A stretch of 64,000 nt of DNA, taken from Octopus vulgaris. Taxonomy: Eukaryota. The notes under the pieces were generated by a model that was not told the origin of the DNA, ran no database searches, and saw only the letters and a list, made by a program, of their open reading frames with translations. Positions 42,961-56,151 of this stretch are shown here, one piece after another; the first letter of the stretch is position 1; every line of letters starts with the position of its first letter. The position numbers were made by a program, and so were the translations under genes. The DNA lies in the NCBI GenBank assembly GCA_951406725.2, contig OX597822.1:81282001-81346000 (forward strand), written 5' to 3'.

Positions 42961-44234
42961 ATCAATACTTTAATACACCATTACATATCAGTAAAGGCAT
43001 TATACAAAATATACAGTAAGAGTAAATAGACAAAGAGATATAAGTATAAAATTTCAAATATAATATGTAATTAAATCAAATCTGACAGCTGTTTCGGCAG
43101 TGAGGGCAGTCATACCTCATTTAACCTATAAGCCATAAAGGCAGGTATAAATGAGGCATTAACAATCACATATTACAAGGCAAATACCAAAATGAATATG
43201 TTATTTCATGTCATATTGCATTTCCCTTAAAAAACAAACAAAAACCCACATATAAAAAAACAAGAAACAAATAATACTAGACACATCTATTATTATTATA
43301 CAAATGTAGCTATAAAACTTATAAAATTATAAATTTATAAGTTGCATACTTTAGAATTATAGAAGACCACAGGTATAGTTAGTTAAAGAAGGGAGTTAAA
43401 AAATTAATAATAGTGGAAGTGCTAAGTTCTATTTGAATCTAGAAAAGGTGAACGGTAGCCTATGAATGCAAAAGAAGTTTTTTTCATTTATGTTGTTAAT
43501 AATTTGCCGACCCGCTTTAATAATGAAAAAAATTTCATTAATACATAGAGAGCATTTTTATATTTTTCCATTATACACAGGTGCTGAAGTTAGTATTTTC
43601 CAGTTTAATCTAAAATCTAAGTTCTTACTTTTAAGTTCCCAAATGTATGCACTTAGCCCTGTAGAGTACATTCTATTTTTATTTCTAAAAGTATATCTGT
43701 GATAATTCAATCTTTGTTTTATGCTATTCATAGTTGCCCCGATATACACCCTACTACTCAATTGTGTATCTACAGTGCATTGGTAAACTACCTCCTTCCT
43801 GAGGCATTGATTACCAAACACACATTTATTTCTGTTTCTGAAATTACAAAGATTAACAGAATGAGGTAATCTAAGATTGGTCCCCACCCCTATACTACCA
43901 TTCACATTATAAGTGTTACAATTGTTATCATCATCCAAACCCAAAATCAACGAATGAGTTAATTTCACATTATTGGCTATATTCCTATCACTAGTACTAG
44001 TATTGGTAGTAGTAGTATGATCTATTACATTTATATTATCTCTAACAGGTACGGTGCACTCATTATTAGTATGAAATTTATACTTATATCTCTTTGTCTA
44101 TTTACTCTTACTGTATATTTTGTATAATGCCTTTACTGATATGTAATGGTGTATTAAAGTATTGATTGGGTATCATCTGATAGTTGATGTTTTATTGATT
44201 TAAGTATGTTTCTCCATTCTCTAATGTTGTAGTA
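42720..44234 (-). mobile_element. 5'-truncated Penelope-like element 1 with an inverted terminal segment
   Basis: GIY-YIG coding remnant; 44072-44234 is the reverse complement of about 42892-43056; ends in (TA)n. Confidence 0.8.
43420..43968 (-). pseudogene. PLE GIY-YIG endonuclease domain, frameshifted
   Basis: 'CNFRNRNKCVFGNQCLRKEVVYQC...VYIGAT...KQRLNYH...LSAYIWELK', then in another frame 'KCSLCINE...NE..FFCIH'. Confidence 0.85.
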
Positions 44235-44265
<31 letters not shown>

Positions 44266-44268
44266 TTA

Positions 44269-44306
<38 letters not shown>

Positions 44307-44430
44307 TAAAAGGAATTCCAACATTGTCTGATTTTCACTTTTTATTTACAATCTTATAATGATATAATATAAGTTGATATAATATAATAGAATAAAATAA
44401 AATAGTAGAATGTTAAATGTTCATTCTGAT

Positions 44431-44474
44431 TGAACTAGCACTTTCATGCATTAAATTATGCAATCTTCAGGTTC
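44431..44474 (-). ncRNA. minimal type I hammerhead in PLE terminal repeat
   Basis: GAAC-CUGAAGA-U-UGCAU-AAUUUA-AUGCA-U-GAAA-GUGC-UA-GUUC. Confidence 0.75.
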
Positions 44475-44959
44475 GTGTAGTAGTGGTGACAGTCATGCTT
44501 CACAATTTTTGACTGTAGCGAGATGGTTAAATCTGTGCCTTAAATACACCTGTGTAGGCTCCAGATTGCTAGGTTTTTCAAACTGTATTCTGACCAATCA
44601 GTGTGTAGCATCACTCAATTACTTAAGCTGATTGGTTGGTTTAGGCGTCACGCTTTGTTGAACATGTCAAGAGTCCTGTATCTTAACCCTGGCCGAGGCA
44701 GCAATTGTTGGGCTGTTTTTTAAAATGTTGTAAATAGCCTTTGTCAGGGATTTTTATATTTCAATTGTTATCATCATCATTATCAGCACCTTAATTATTG
44801 TTGCTAGTGGTGATGGTGGTGGCAATAGAACTCTTAACTCTAAATAAGATAATTTTCCTGCTATCTTCATCTTGAGCACCTTTAGTATTGTTGTTGTTAG
44901 TGGTCATGGTCGTAGCAGTAGAAGTAGTACATCTAAGTATTATTATTATTGCTTATTTA

Positions 44960-45977
44960 GCTTGGGTTCGAATTTATCAATAAAATTCTTTTCTCTGATT
45001 TTCCTCTCGATTTCACTTGGGCTGTGTAATTTGTAGAATGGAAATATTATATATATTTTCCGACCACATGTTGCAAGGTGGTTACTCAAAGGTATCTGAC
45101 GGACCTCTGGGTTTCTAATCTGTTGTCGGTGTACACGTGAGCGTTCTGATAGTGCATTTCCTGTCTAACCTACATATATTTCTTCACAATTTGGGCATTT
45201 GATGCAGTAAATTAAATTTCTGCTTTTGCAGTTCATATTCGCGTTTGTGAATATTTTCCCGGTTTTTGTGTTTATATATTGGCCGGTATGTATGAATTGG
45301 CATGTGCCACATCGGCTATCATTGCATTTGGATACAGTGAATGTTTGGTCTTTGTTGCTAAGGTCAAATTTTGCCTTTGTTAGTAGGCTGTCTTTTACTA
45401 AGAACCATAGCTCGATCCGTGATTATATCTTTTAATTCATTACTTTGAGCAATGATTGGTAGGTTTGCTTTGGCAATGTTGAAGATATTCTGGTGACATG
45501 GGTTGTGCGTTACTATGAATGGTATGACTTGTTCTTGTTTTCCTCTTCCTTGGGTTGTCCTAAGTTGTTGTATGGGTATTTTTATAGCCCGCTGTATACC
45601 ATTTTCTATAAGTAGAGATGGGTTTTTTTTGTTTGAGCAAAAATTCTCTTAGTTCTGTTAGGCGTTTGTTCCTGATATTTGCATCTTCTACAATGGTACA
45701 AATTCTTCTGGCTAGGCAGTATGGGATGTTGCATTTTGTATGTGGTGGATGGCACGACTTAAAATTCAGGTATTGATGTGTGTCTGTGTGTTTATAGTAT
45801 ATATCTGTAGTGATGGTGGTGTCCTTTTTAATTACCATTATATCTAGGAATGGTAATTTGGTACTACTCATCTCCTTTGTAAATTGGAGAGATGGGTGTA
45901 GGTTGTTCAGGAGGATATTGAACTCTTCCAGAGTATTTAGAGATTCTGTCCAGATTATGAAGCAGTCGTCAATATAT
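44960..45977 (-). pseudogene. PLE reverse transcriptase C-terminal half, Cys-rich linker and GIY-YIG endonuclease (Neptune-like)
   Basis: 'YIDDCFIIW...LPFLDI...IYYKHTDTHQYLNFKSCHP'; 'CNDSRCGTC'; 'CKSRNLIYCIKCPNCEEIYVG*TG..LSER..VH'; stops and frameshifts. Confidence 0.9.
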
Positions 45978-46165
45978 AATACTTCCATTCTACAAATTAC
46001 ACAGCTCAAGTGAAATCGAGAGGAAAATCAGAGAAAAGAATTTTATTGATAAATTCGAACCCAAGCTAAATAAGCAATAATAATAATACTTAGAGGTACT
46101 ACTTCTACTGCTACGACCATGACGACTAACAACAACAACAATACTAAAGGTGATCAAGATGAAGA

Positions 46166-46559
46166 CATTAACCACTCAATCATACTTTGCACTGTATATA
46201 CCCAAAAGCTTCCGCTGCGTCCCTGCCTTCATGTTTTGAATAAGAAAGACATGATTATGTCACTTGTAAGGTCTTCATCATGTTATTAGAAAGTAAAATA
46301 AAATGGAAACAAGAAGAAATAAAACCAGGGTAAATGACACGGAAACTCATTTTCTCAGAACGATGAGAAGATTTTCATGGATTGTTTTTGTCATTTCAAT
46401 TAATTAATACAGCTTTTCGCAGTTACCAATACCCATTTTCATTCATCAAACTGACAATATCTTTTAACAGAGGCTGTCTAATTAGATTTTAATTTTTCAA
46501 TATAGACTATGCAATTAGTATGAGATTTTTAGATGAGTTTGGAAAATAGTAATTGGTAT
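46166..46559. mobile_element. ~390-bp secondary insertion of unknown family in the right PLE arm
   Basis: absent from the otherwise collinear left arm (empty site at about 44860-44865). Confidence 0.7.
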
Positions 46560-46947
46560 AAGCAGGAAAATTATCTTATGTAGGGTTAAAAGTTCTATTG
46601 CCACCACCATCACCACTAACAACAATAAATAAGGTGCTGACAATGATGATGATGACAATTGAAATATAAACATCACTGACAAAGGCTATTTACAACATTT
46701 CTAAAAACAGCCCAACAATTGCGGCCTCGGCCAGGGTTAAGATACAGGACTCTTGACATGTTCAACAAAGCGTGACACCTAAACCAACCAATCAGCTTAA
46801 GTAATTGAGTGATGCTACACACTGATTGGTCAGAATACAGTTTGAAAAACCTAGCAATCTGGAGCCCACACAGGTGTATTTAAGGCACAGATTTAACCAT
46901 CTCGCTACAGTCAAAAATTGTGAAGCATGACTGTCACCACTACTACA

Positions 46948-46992
46948 TGAACCTGAAGATTGCATAATTTAATGCATTAAAGTGCTAGTTCA
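46948..46992 (+). ncRNA. hammerhead in inverted PLE arm, core-mutated (GAAA to UAAA)
   Basis: UGAAC-CUGAAGA-U-UGCAU..AUGCA-U-UAAA-GUGC-UA-GUUCA. Confidence 0.65.
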
Positions 46993-47152
46993 ATCAGAAT
47001 GAACATTTAACATTCTACTATTTTATTTTATTCTATTATATTATATTATCTTATATTATATCATTATAAGATTGTAAATAAAACGTGAAAATCAGACAAG
47101 GTTGGAATTCGTTTTATTAATATATTCTTCTATACACAATCACACACACCCG

Positions 47153-47192
<40 letters not shown>

Positions 47193-47199
47193 CATATAT

Positions 47200-47385
47200 A
47201 TAGTTGAAATTTACAGAATAACAAAAGACAAAGACAGGTGTATAAACAACAAGCAGGTTTAATAGTTTGACGCTCGTGAATGTGAGGATCTCTTTTACGT
47301 TTCGAGCCTACGCTCTTTAACAGAAAGGAACACGAAGAAATAAACACAAAGAGAACAAAAATGCTTGTGGAGTTAGCGGTCAATA
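47200..47385 (-). mobile_element. ~190-bp (TA)n-embedded hammerhead element (motif 47292-47327)
   Basis: CUUU-CUGUUAA-A-GAGC-GUAG-GCUC-GAAA-CG-UA-AAAG. Confidence 0.7.
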
Positions 47386-47404
47386 TATATATATATATGT
47401 GTGT

Positions 47405-47489
<85 letters not shown>

Positions 47490-48039
47490 TGTATGTATGT
47501 ATGTATGTATGCATGTATGTATGTAAGTAAGTATACACACCTCTTTATCTATTTGCCCCAGTGTCTATCAATATAAGCTTATCAGGTTGTCTAGAAGAAT
47601 ATATATTTCTGTGTAGTTACTATTAAACTATATCTATTTAACTGTATATTAATTTCATGTGCGAGTGTGTGTGTGAGTGAATGTGCGTGTGAATGTGTGT
47701 GTGTCTATGTTTGTATCAATCTTATATGTGCATATATATATATATAGGAGACCAAAGTGTACGTACGCCGCCATATGTATATAAAAACGAATACAAAAAA
47801 TAAGAGACGAACGCAAAACGTCCAGACAGTTAGATGATACAAAAAAGGAACAAGAAAAAAACAAGGATGGGTCATTCAGAATTTTCTTTCCTCCGTCGAG
47901 TTCCAGATTATCTTTGCAATTTCGGCTGGTTATACTCGAGATTGCTCCAATTTGGCCAAAAACTAAGCTAAGAACACTAGATTCGTTGGAAGAAAGCAGC
48001 GAATGTATACGAAAACAAGGACGAAAAAAAAAACGGAGA

Positions 48040-48363
48040 AATGTATGTATGTATGCATGTATGTATGTATGTATGTATGTATGTATATATGTATGTATGT
48101 ATTTATGTATGTATGTATGTATGTATTTATTTATGTATGTATGTATGTATTTATGTATGTATGTATGTATGTATGTATGTATGTATGTATGTATTTATGT
48201 ATGTATGTATGTATGTATGTATGTATGTATTTATGTATGTATGTATGTATTTATGTATGTATGTATGTATATATGTATTTATGTATGTATGTATGTATGT
48301 ATGTATGTATGTATGTATGTATGTATGTATGTATATATGTATTTATGTATGTATGTATGTATG

Positions 48364-48397
<34 letters not shown>

Positions 48398-48408
48398 TGT
48401 ATGTATAC
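48040..48408. repeat. (TATG)n microsatellite
   Basis: direct reading. Confidence 0.95.
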
Positions 48409-48744
48409 AACTCTCTATTTTTCTTTTCTATTTACTCAACATACGCAACATTTTACAATGCTTTTGTGGATAAGTTTGTATGATCATGTCAGCTGTGTAA
48501 CTCTGTATCTAAATATTTAGCTATATTGCACAGTCACATATGCAGACACAAATACATAAACACACGTGCACACGCATACAAACTCACACACATACACATG
48601 TACGAATGCATGGGCATAAATAACTGCGTGCATCATACGACAATTGCCATTTTCTCCCAGTTTTCACAACCTCGTTCTTTATCTGTCTTTCTCTCTCAGT
48701 CTAAATCTCTTTCCCTCTCACTCCCTCTCTCACTCATTCAATCA

Positions 48745-48794
<50 letters not shown>

Positions 48795-49275
48795 CTTATG
48801 TTTATTTTTCTACTCTCATCTTAATGTAAGCATTTTACTTTTCCGTCCTAAATTAAATTACATCTAATGCAGAGTCACCTACATACATACAGGCTTACAC
48901 ACACACAGACACACATACTTATTTCCTTACTTTCATGCATGCAGAAATATATGTGTGTATGTTTGTGTGTGTTAATACAGGTGTATATATATATAAACAC
49001 ACATATATGCATATATATGTGCATACTTATATATATATGCATATAAATATATACATATATATATGTATGCACATATATATATGCATACATGTGTATGTAT
49101 ATATGCGCGTATGTTTAAATAAATATCGAAATATATCTATCAACTATCAATGATATATATATATATATAAATATGTATATAAACATATACATATGTATAT
49201 ACATATATATATACATTCATACATACATACATACATACATACATACATACATACATACATACATACATACATACA

Positions 49276-49321
<46 letters not shown>

Positions 49322-49431
49322 AAACATAAATGCTTTTTGTGCTGTAATAGGAGCAATTTTACATATTTGAACAATTTTACAATACTTTTCGTAGAGTACA
49401 AATTTATTATTCTTTAAGAAGAATACTGTTG

Positions 49432-49476
49432 ACAGTAACTTTGACGTTTCAGCCATCTAAGCCATCATCAGACTGT
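49432..49476 (-). ncRNA. type I hammerhead ribozyme motif, intact core
   Basis: ACAGU-CUGAUGA-U-GGCU-UAGAU-GGCU-GAAA-C-GUCAAA-G-UU-ACUGU. Confidence 0.7.
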
Positions 49477-49832
49477 AAATAATTTAAGTTCGTCCGTGTA
49501 CATGTGTGTATACATATATAAATGTATCCCTAAATCATATGCGTGTTTGTGTGCACGTGCCTGTGTCCGTGTGTATGTACATGTGAGCGTGTGTGTGTAT
49601 GCATATAAATAAGCTTATAGATATCTGATAATTGCCAACCACGACACGCTCCGTCCTTCAGTCACGGCTGTAAATTTCTGCCGATAAGTAAAATGATTAT
49701 ATCTATATATAATAATATAAATAATATATAAATATATGCATATATACATACATTATTTATATATGTATATATACATATATTTGTATACTATTTATATTAT
49801 TATATGATCGAACGCCACGCATCCTTTTCCAA

Positions 49833-49894
<62 letters not shown>

Positions 49895-49979
49895 ATGTAT
49901 ATGTGTGTGTGTATACTTATGCATCCAATATATTCAGTTTCCCTTCTTGCGGTTGCTCTTCCACGTCAATAGTTAAACA

Positions 49980-50272
<293 letters not shown>

Positions 50273-51258
50273 AGACTTGAAACGATGAGGATGATTCGAT
50301 TTAAGGAAGTGAAATATGGGTTTAGAAATTTGAAAGCAAAGGTGTAAGGGGAAATATACAAATTGAAGTGTGGGAACAGGAACATGGTGTAATAAATAAC
50401 AAACAAACAAGTAAATAGATAAATGAATATAGGGGGAAATAGATATCGTCATCAGTATCGCCATCGTCATCATCATCGTTGTCGCCATCGTCGTCTTCGT
50501 GGTGGTCGTCGTCGTCATCACCGCCATCATGATTATCAGTATCATCGTCATCACCATCATTACCGTTATCATCATCGTCACCAACAACAACAACATCACC
50601 ACTACCATCATCACCACCGCCGTCACCACTGCCATCACCACCGTCATTATCACCCGCCTCAGTAGATTGTGTCAGATATTAATCACCTGCAATTTGTCAA
50701 TATGTTCAGCAGAGCAAAAGAGAGAAAAACGTTAGAATTTCCTTTAAGGAATTCTTGCTGCCGTCTATATTTTTGGTTGGCTTCACTGGAAATGTAGACA
50801 CCGGAACTGTTTCACTTGCAGCATTTTTCCCGCTGATTCTGTTTTATATGCTCACTCCTTTGTTGCAATCAATGATTCAACGAGCTAATTAGTTACTTTG
50901 AATAATGGGTTTATATAGATTTGTGCGTCTATGTGTGTGTATACATACATATATAATATAATATAATATATATGTATATATATATATTCTTATATGTTTA
51001 TATGTATGTGTATAATATATATACATATATAGCTTTATATATGTACATATATACATACATACGTACATACATACGTACATACATACATACAGTAATAACA
51101 ATAATATTAATATATATATTCTCCGATTTAGAGAATATTAACTGAAAAATATTGAGCTAACCCTAGCCAGAATCGAAGCCACATATCAACGCTTACATGG
51201 CTACATGCGCATCCGATTGGCCCAAAAGGTTATTCATCACTTTCAGCGAACATTTACG

Positions 51259-51289
<31 letters not shown>

Positions 51290-51449
51290 TTAAACTGTCT
51301 AATACTATATGTAATATTTATAAACAAACTAGAAGGGTTTGTAAGTTACGGGAAGAAAGCGACTATGGAAGTATATTAGGACAATAATAACTATAATAAT
51401 ATATAATAATAATGATATATATTCTCCGATTAAAAGCGACATATATATT

Positions 51450-51481
<32 letters not shown>

Positions 51482-51483
51482 TA

Positions 51484-51987
51484 CTAGCAGTATCGCCCGG
51501 CGTTGCTGCTCGGGTTTGTAAGGGAAATAACTATATAAGCATTTTTAGAGAGTTACTTCCCTTATAGATGCCAATTCGGGCTTTCTTAGCCATTTCTGTT
51601 TTGGTGTCTTCAAGCCATGAAGTCGTTGTTCTAAAAGAACGCTGGTCTCCTTGACAACGCATTACGACGTTGATTTCCTTAAACTCCCTTCCCCACAGCT
51701 TCACGACGGAGGGAAGAAGGGGGAGAAGCAAACACAGGTGCAGGTGTTTGAGCGTGGACGCCAACTCCGCCGCCATCGACACACGAAAAATTATGCATTA
51801 AAATGGAATAAAAAATGATGTTAAATTATTTTTAAAATCGTAGACTCATCGTAGACGCGCGCTAATAGCCAGACGGGCTTGATATTAATCACGACTATAA
51901 GATACCCGAATTTGGTTAAACTGCACCGCAAAATGTGGGAGGAGTTAGGAATCTAAATCGTAGGAGACAGACACTCACACAACTACA

Positions 51988-52019
<32 letters not shown>
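51484..52019 (-). mobile_element. non-autonomous Helitron
   Basis: on minus, the GC-rich hairpin cccgagcagcaacgccggg is followed about 8 nt later by CTAG|T; the other end starts (TA)n-aaa then gtctgtct; no TIR or TSD. Confidence 0.7.
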
Positions 52020-52245
52020 GGCGGCGAGCTGGTAGAAACGTTAGCACGCCGGGCGAAATTCGTAGCCGTATTTCGTCTGTCGTTACGTTCCGAGTTCAAA
52101 TTCCGCCGAGGTCGACTTTGCCTTTCATCCTTTCGGGGTCGATAAATTAAGTACCAGTTACGCACTGGGGTCGATGTAGTCGACTTAATCCCTTTGTCTG
52201 TCCTTGTTTGTCCCCTCTGTGTTTAGCCCCTTGTGGGTAGTAAAG

Positions 52246-52248
<3 letters not shown>
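52020..52248 (+). mobile_element. SINE type B, full length, inserted in (TA)n
   Basis: head ggcggcgagctggtagaaacgttagc...gagttcaaattcc; core gcctttcatcctttcggggtcgataaa. Confidence 0.9.
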
Positions 52249-52302
<54 letters not shown>

Positions 52303-52594
52303 TATATATGTGTGTGTGTGTTTGTATATATATACATAAAATATATATATATTGTGTGTGTGTGTGTGTGTATTAGCACGTGTTTATGCATGTATTTATG
52401 GATGTGTAAATAATCTCGGGGGAACGCCAGTTTAAAAGTAGGCCTTGGCTTGCTAAAGCATCCACACTGCCACCTATTGGCAGAACCCGAGAGATAGAGA
52501 AGTTTCCAAGAATATCCATAGCAACAGAAGCTGCTGCTGAGTGCAAAATCTCGGAGATTCAGCAAGTATTTCCACTGTGATAATTTAACGTTGA

Positions 52595-52805
52595 TCTTTT
52601 ACTAGTTTTAGCCATTTGACTGCGGTCATGCTGGGGCACCGCCTTGTAGAAATTTTCAGTGACGGAATCGGCCCCGGTACTTTTTTTTTCTTTTTAACCT
52701 TGTTACCAAACAATTCTATCGGTTTGTGTTTCCGAATCGCTGAGCAACGGAGACGTAAACCAACCATCACTAGTTGTCAAGCTGTCGAAGGGGATAAACG
52801 CAAAT
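52595..52805 (-). mobile_element. SINE type A 3' half
   Basis: reverse complement of the tail. Confidence 0.8.
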
Positions 52806-53869
52806 ACATACACGCACATACATACATACATTCATATATACATACAAACATACATACGAGTGAGTGGTCAAATGAAAGAAGGGCACTCAACAAATTTGTT
52901 GAGAGTTACACTTTATTTTGAATTTTAATTAAAAAAATGAAACCTTTAAATGTGACATCTGCCTCTCTTTTCAGGTCTGTGATTGTCAGTCTTTTCAGCT
53001 TTCGGTAAATAGAAATCTTTTGAATTTCACTTACACTACAGTGGCCGAGGGCTTTCTTTAGGGACAAAATCAAATATTAAAAAAATTAATTATGACAGAG
53101 CTATAATAACGACAGTTTGTTTTTGCAATTTAATTACATAGTTAAATGTTTGGGTATTATCTAGTTAGTTTAATTATCTATATAACTAATTAATCATGGA
53201 CTTACCAGTTTAAGTAACAAGCATTTAGTTATCTCGTGAATTATTCAATTAGTAAAATATACTGGTCAATATTTTGTTTGTGAAATAGATTCTTAATTAT
53301 CTGTTAAACACTGACAACAAATGATTAATTAATTAAACATTTAAATACCTAGATAATTCATCAATACACTGAGTAGCTAATTAAATAGTCGTTGTCGTTG
53401 TCTCTTAGTTAATTACAAAATAATCCAAACTGAATAATCTGTTAGTCACATAATTTGCATATTATAATCAGCTAGTTAATCATTTCACGGACTTTATTTA
53501 TTTACTTTAATAATTGTTTATTTATTGATTTAGTTGCGACTTTTCAATTACATTGTAAATTAGTTGGTTAGCTACTTGATTAATAAGCATGGTATTTAAT
53601 GTGATAATTAGTTTAGTTTGTTAACTATGTCGCCAGGTATGTAGATCGAGAAATTTTATTAGATAGCTAACTGCTAATAAGCTAGCCAATTAATTAATTA
53701 TATGACCACTTTGTAGTAGCTACCTAGCTAGCTAAGAAATCTAATGAATAATTAGTCGCCTAATTAATTATATAGCTAGTTAGAAAATCAATTATGTTGC
53801 AAATTTAGCAACTAGTCAGTCTATGTTATATTAGAGATTACGTAGCTTTATATGATATTTTTGTTTTTA

Positions 53870-54103
53870 TCTTTTATCATTTAATTGTTTCAGTCATTGG
53901 ACTGCGGCCATGCTGTGGCAGTGCCTTGAAAAATTTTTCGTCGAATGAATCAACACCAATACTTACGGTTTTTTTTAAGCTTGGTACTTATTCTATCGGC
54001 ATATTCTGCCGATCCGCTAAATTACGCAGATGTTATCACAACAACGCAGATTGTCAGGTGGTTGTCGGGGACAAAACAGACACAAAGACACACACACACA
54101 CGA

Positions 54104-54144
<41 letters not shown>

Positions 54145-54292
54145 TAGGACTTCTCTTACTTTCCATCTACCAAATCCACTCAAGGCTTTGGTCGGCTCCA
54201 GGTATAGCAAAATACATATGCCCAAAGTGCCACGCAGTGGAACTGAACTTGGAACCATGTGATCGGGAAGCAAAATTCTTACCATACAGCCA
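53870..54292 (-). mobile_element. SINE type A
   Basis: full layout on the minus strand. Confidence 0.85.
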
Positions 54293-54384
54293 TGAATTAC
54301 CTTTGTAATTTGTACCTTTGTAACATCAATTGTTGTTGATGTTACGGTTGTTGCTCTTCTTGGTGTTGTCGTTGATGCTTTTAT

Positions 54385-54652
54385 TTACATTATTTACATT
54401 CGACAGATATTTGTCCTCATCTTCTTCAGGTGTCTTGGGGGAAATTTCGAACCTGGGTTCTAATTCCTAAGGTATTTTTCGATGTTGTTGTTATTATTAT
54501 TGTTGTTGTTGTTGTTGTTGCTGCTGCTGCCGTTGTTGTTGTTGTTATTGTTCAGATCACTCTTGGAATCGAACTCGGAATCTTGGGGTTAGTAGCTCGC
54601 GCTCTTAACCACTACACCATATGCCCGTGGGCATAGTGGTTAAGAGCGTGGT
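54385..54652 (-). mobile_element. tRNA-headed SINE-like element with internal (TTG/TTA)n and a terminal fold-back
   Basis: minus head 'tggtgtagtggttaagagcgcgagctactaacccc...gagttcgattcc'; 54630-54650 is an inverted copy of the head. Confidence 0.65.
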
Positions 54653-54791
54653 GGTGGTGGTCGTCGTCGTCGTGGAGGTGGTGGTGGTGTGTTTATAGCG
54701 AATAGTATTTCTTTTTATCTATAACATTCTTCCACATGTGCGTAAAAGAATAATATTATTGTTTCTCAGAGAGGGGTGGATCTGAATGTTA

Positions 54792-55010
54792 TGTCTGGAG
54801 AGAGTCATTCTCTTTTGGTACGTTATAATTTAACACATTCATCGCTCAAATTTCCACTGCTTTTTTTATTTTTCTAAATTTTCGTTGCATCTTGGAAAGG
54901 TTGCAAGATGCAACGAAAATTTTAGAAAAATGAAAAAGAAATAAGTAGAAATTTTACTGGTGAGTGTGTTAAATTATAAGGCACCAAAAGAGAGTGATTC
55001 TCCCCAGACA
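54792..55010. repeat. imperfect inverted duplication (arms 54792-54894 and 54904-55010)
   Basis: reverse-complement arms; the right arm's extension to about 55073 matches 34530-34615 on the opposite strand. Confidence 0.8.
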
Positions 55011-55071
55011 CAACAGAATATGTTTCAATACACGAACTCACATAAAGAATCTTTAAAACCAAATCCAAAAA

Positions 55072-55141
<70 letters not shown>

Positions 55142-55142
55142 C

Positions 55143-55178
<36 letters not shown>

Positions 55179-55198
55179 ATTACTTATATTACTATAGA

Positions 55199-55257
<59 letters not shown>

Positions 55258-55611
55258 ATATGTATGTATGTGTGTGTGAACTATAAGACGTAAGAGACAC
55301 AACTGAAACGCATTTTTTACGAGAGGTCGACGCAGTTAGAGCTAACCTTGGGCTATACAACAAATAATAAACCACTCAAAATGCTACGCAAGCAATTATT
55401 TAGTTAATCAGCTAGTTAATTATGCAGCTAATTAAAAACTCCCATTAGCAACATCAGTGAATCACTTAATTAGTTAGTGAGACAAATTTCTAGCTACCTA
55501 GCTCACTGGATAAATCGATAGCTAATTGTTTTAATTATATGTAAATGAGACAGTTTCTAGCAAGTTTGTAATATAGTTACATAATAAATCATATTCAAGT
55601 ATAACACGTAT

Positions 55612-55940
55612 GAAAGGAGCACTCCGTTGGTTACAACGACGAGGGTCCCAGCTGATACGATCAAGGGAACAGCTTGCTTGTGAAATTAACGTGCAAGTGG
55701 CTGAGCACCCCACAGACACGTGTGCCCTTAATGGAGTTCTCAGGGAGATTCAGCGTGACACAGAGTGTGATAAGGCCGACCCTTTGAAATACAGGTACTA
55801 CTCATTTTTGCCAGCTGAGTGGACTGGAGCAACATGAAATAAAGTGTCTTGCTCAAGGACACAATGCGCTGCCGGGAATTGAACTCACGACCTTACGATC
55901 GTGAGCCGAATGCCCTAACCACTAAGCCACGCGCCTTCGC
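55612..55940 (-). mobile_element. SINE type C
   Basis: tRNA-like head at right end; tail shared with 8755-8935. Confidence 0.85.
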
Positions 55941-56078
55941 ATAACACATATACACACGTATACATACATACTGGCGCATGCACATGCACAAATACACTTA
56001 TGTACATATACCACACACGTACACATATGTGTATGTATGTACATATGTATGAGTGTGCCTGTATATATATATAGAGAG

Positions 56079-56151
<73 letters not shown>

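Larger units (their letters stand above)
44300..47120 (-). mobile_element. Penelope-like element 2: 5'-truncated RT+GIY-YIG body with long inverted pseudo-LTRs
   Basis: 44300-45055 is the reverse complement of 45972-47120 apart from a ~390-bp insert; (TA)n at both outer ends. Confidence 0.9.

Noticed and set aside
43081-43160. GAAA-CAGCUG-UC (minus) beside a hairpin in the PLE1 3' region
   Set aside because: Looks like an HHR 3' half, but no CUGANGA was found at a compatible position; not counted.
53060-53830. AT-rich stretch with many TAATTA/TAGCTA words as a homeodomain-site cluster
   Set aside because: Explainable as cryptic simple-repeat decay in AT-rich DNA; no independent regulatory evidence.
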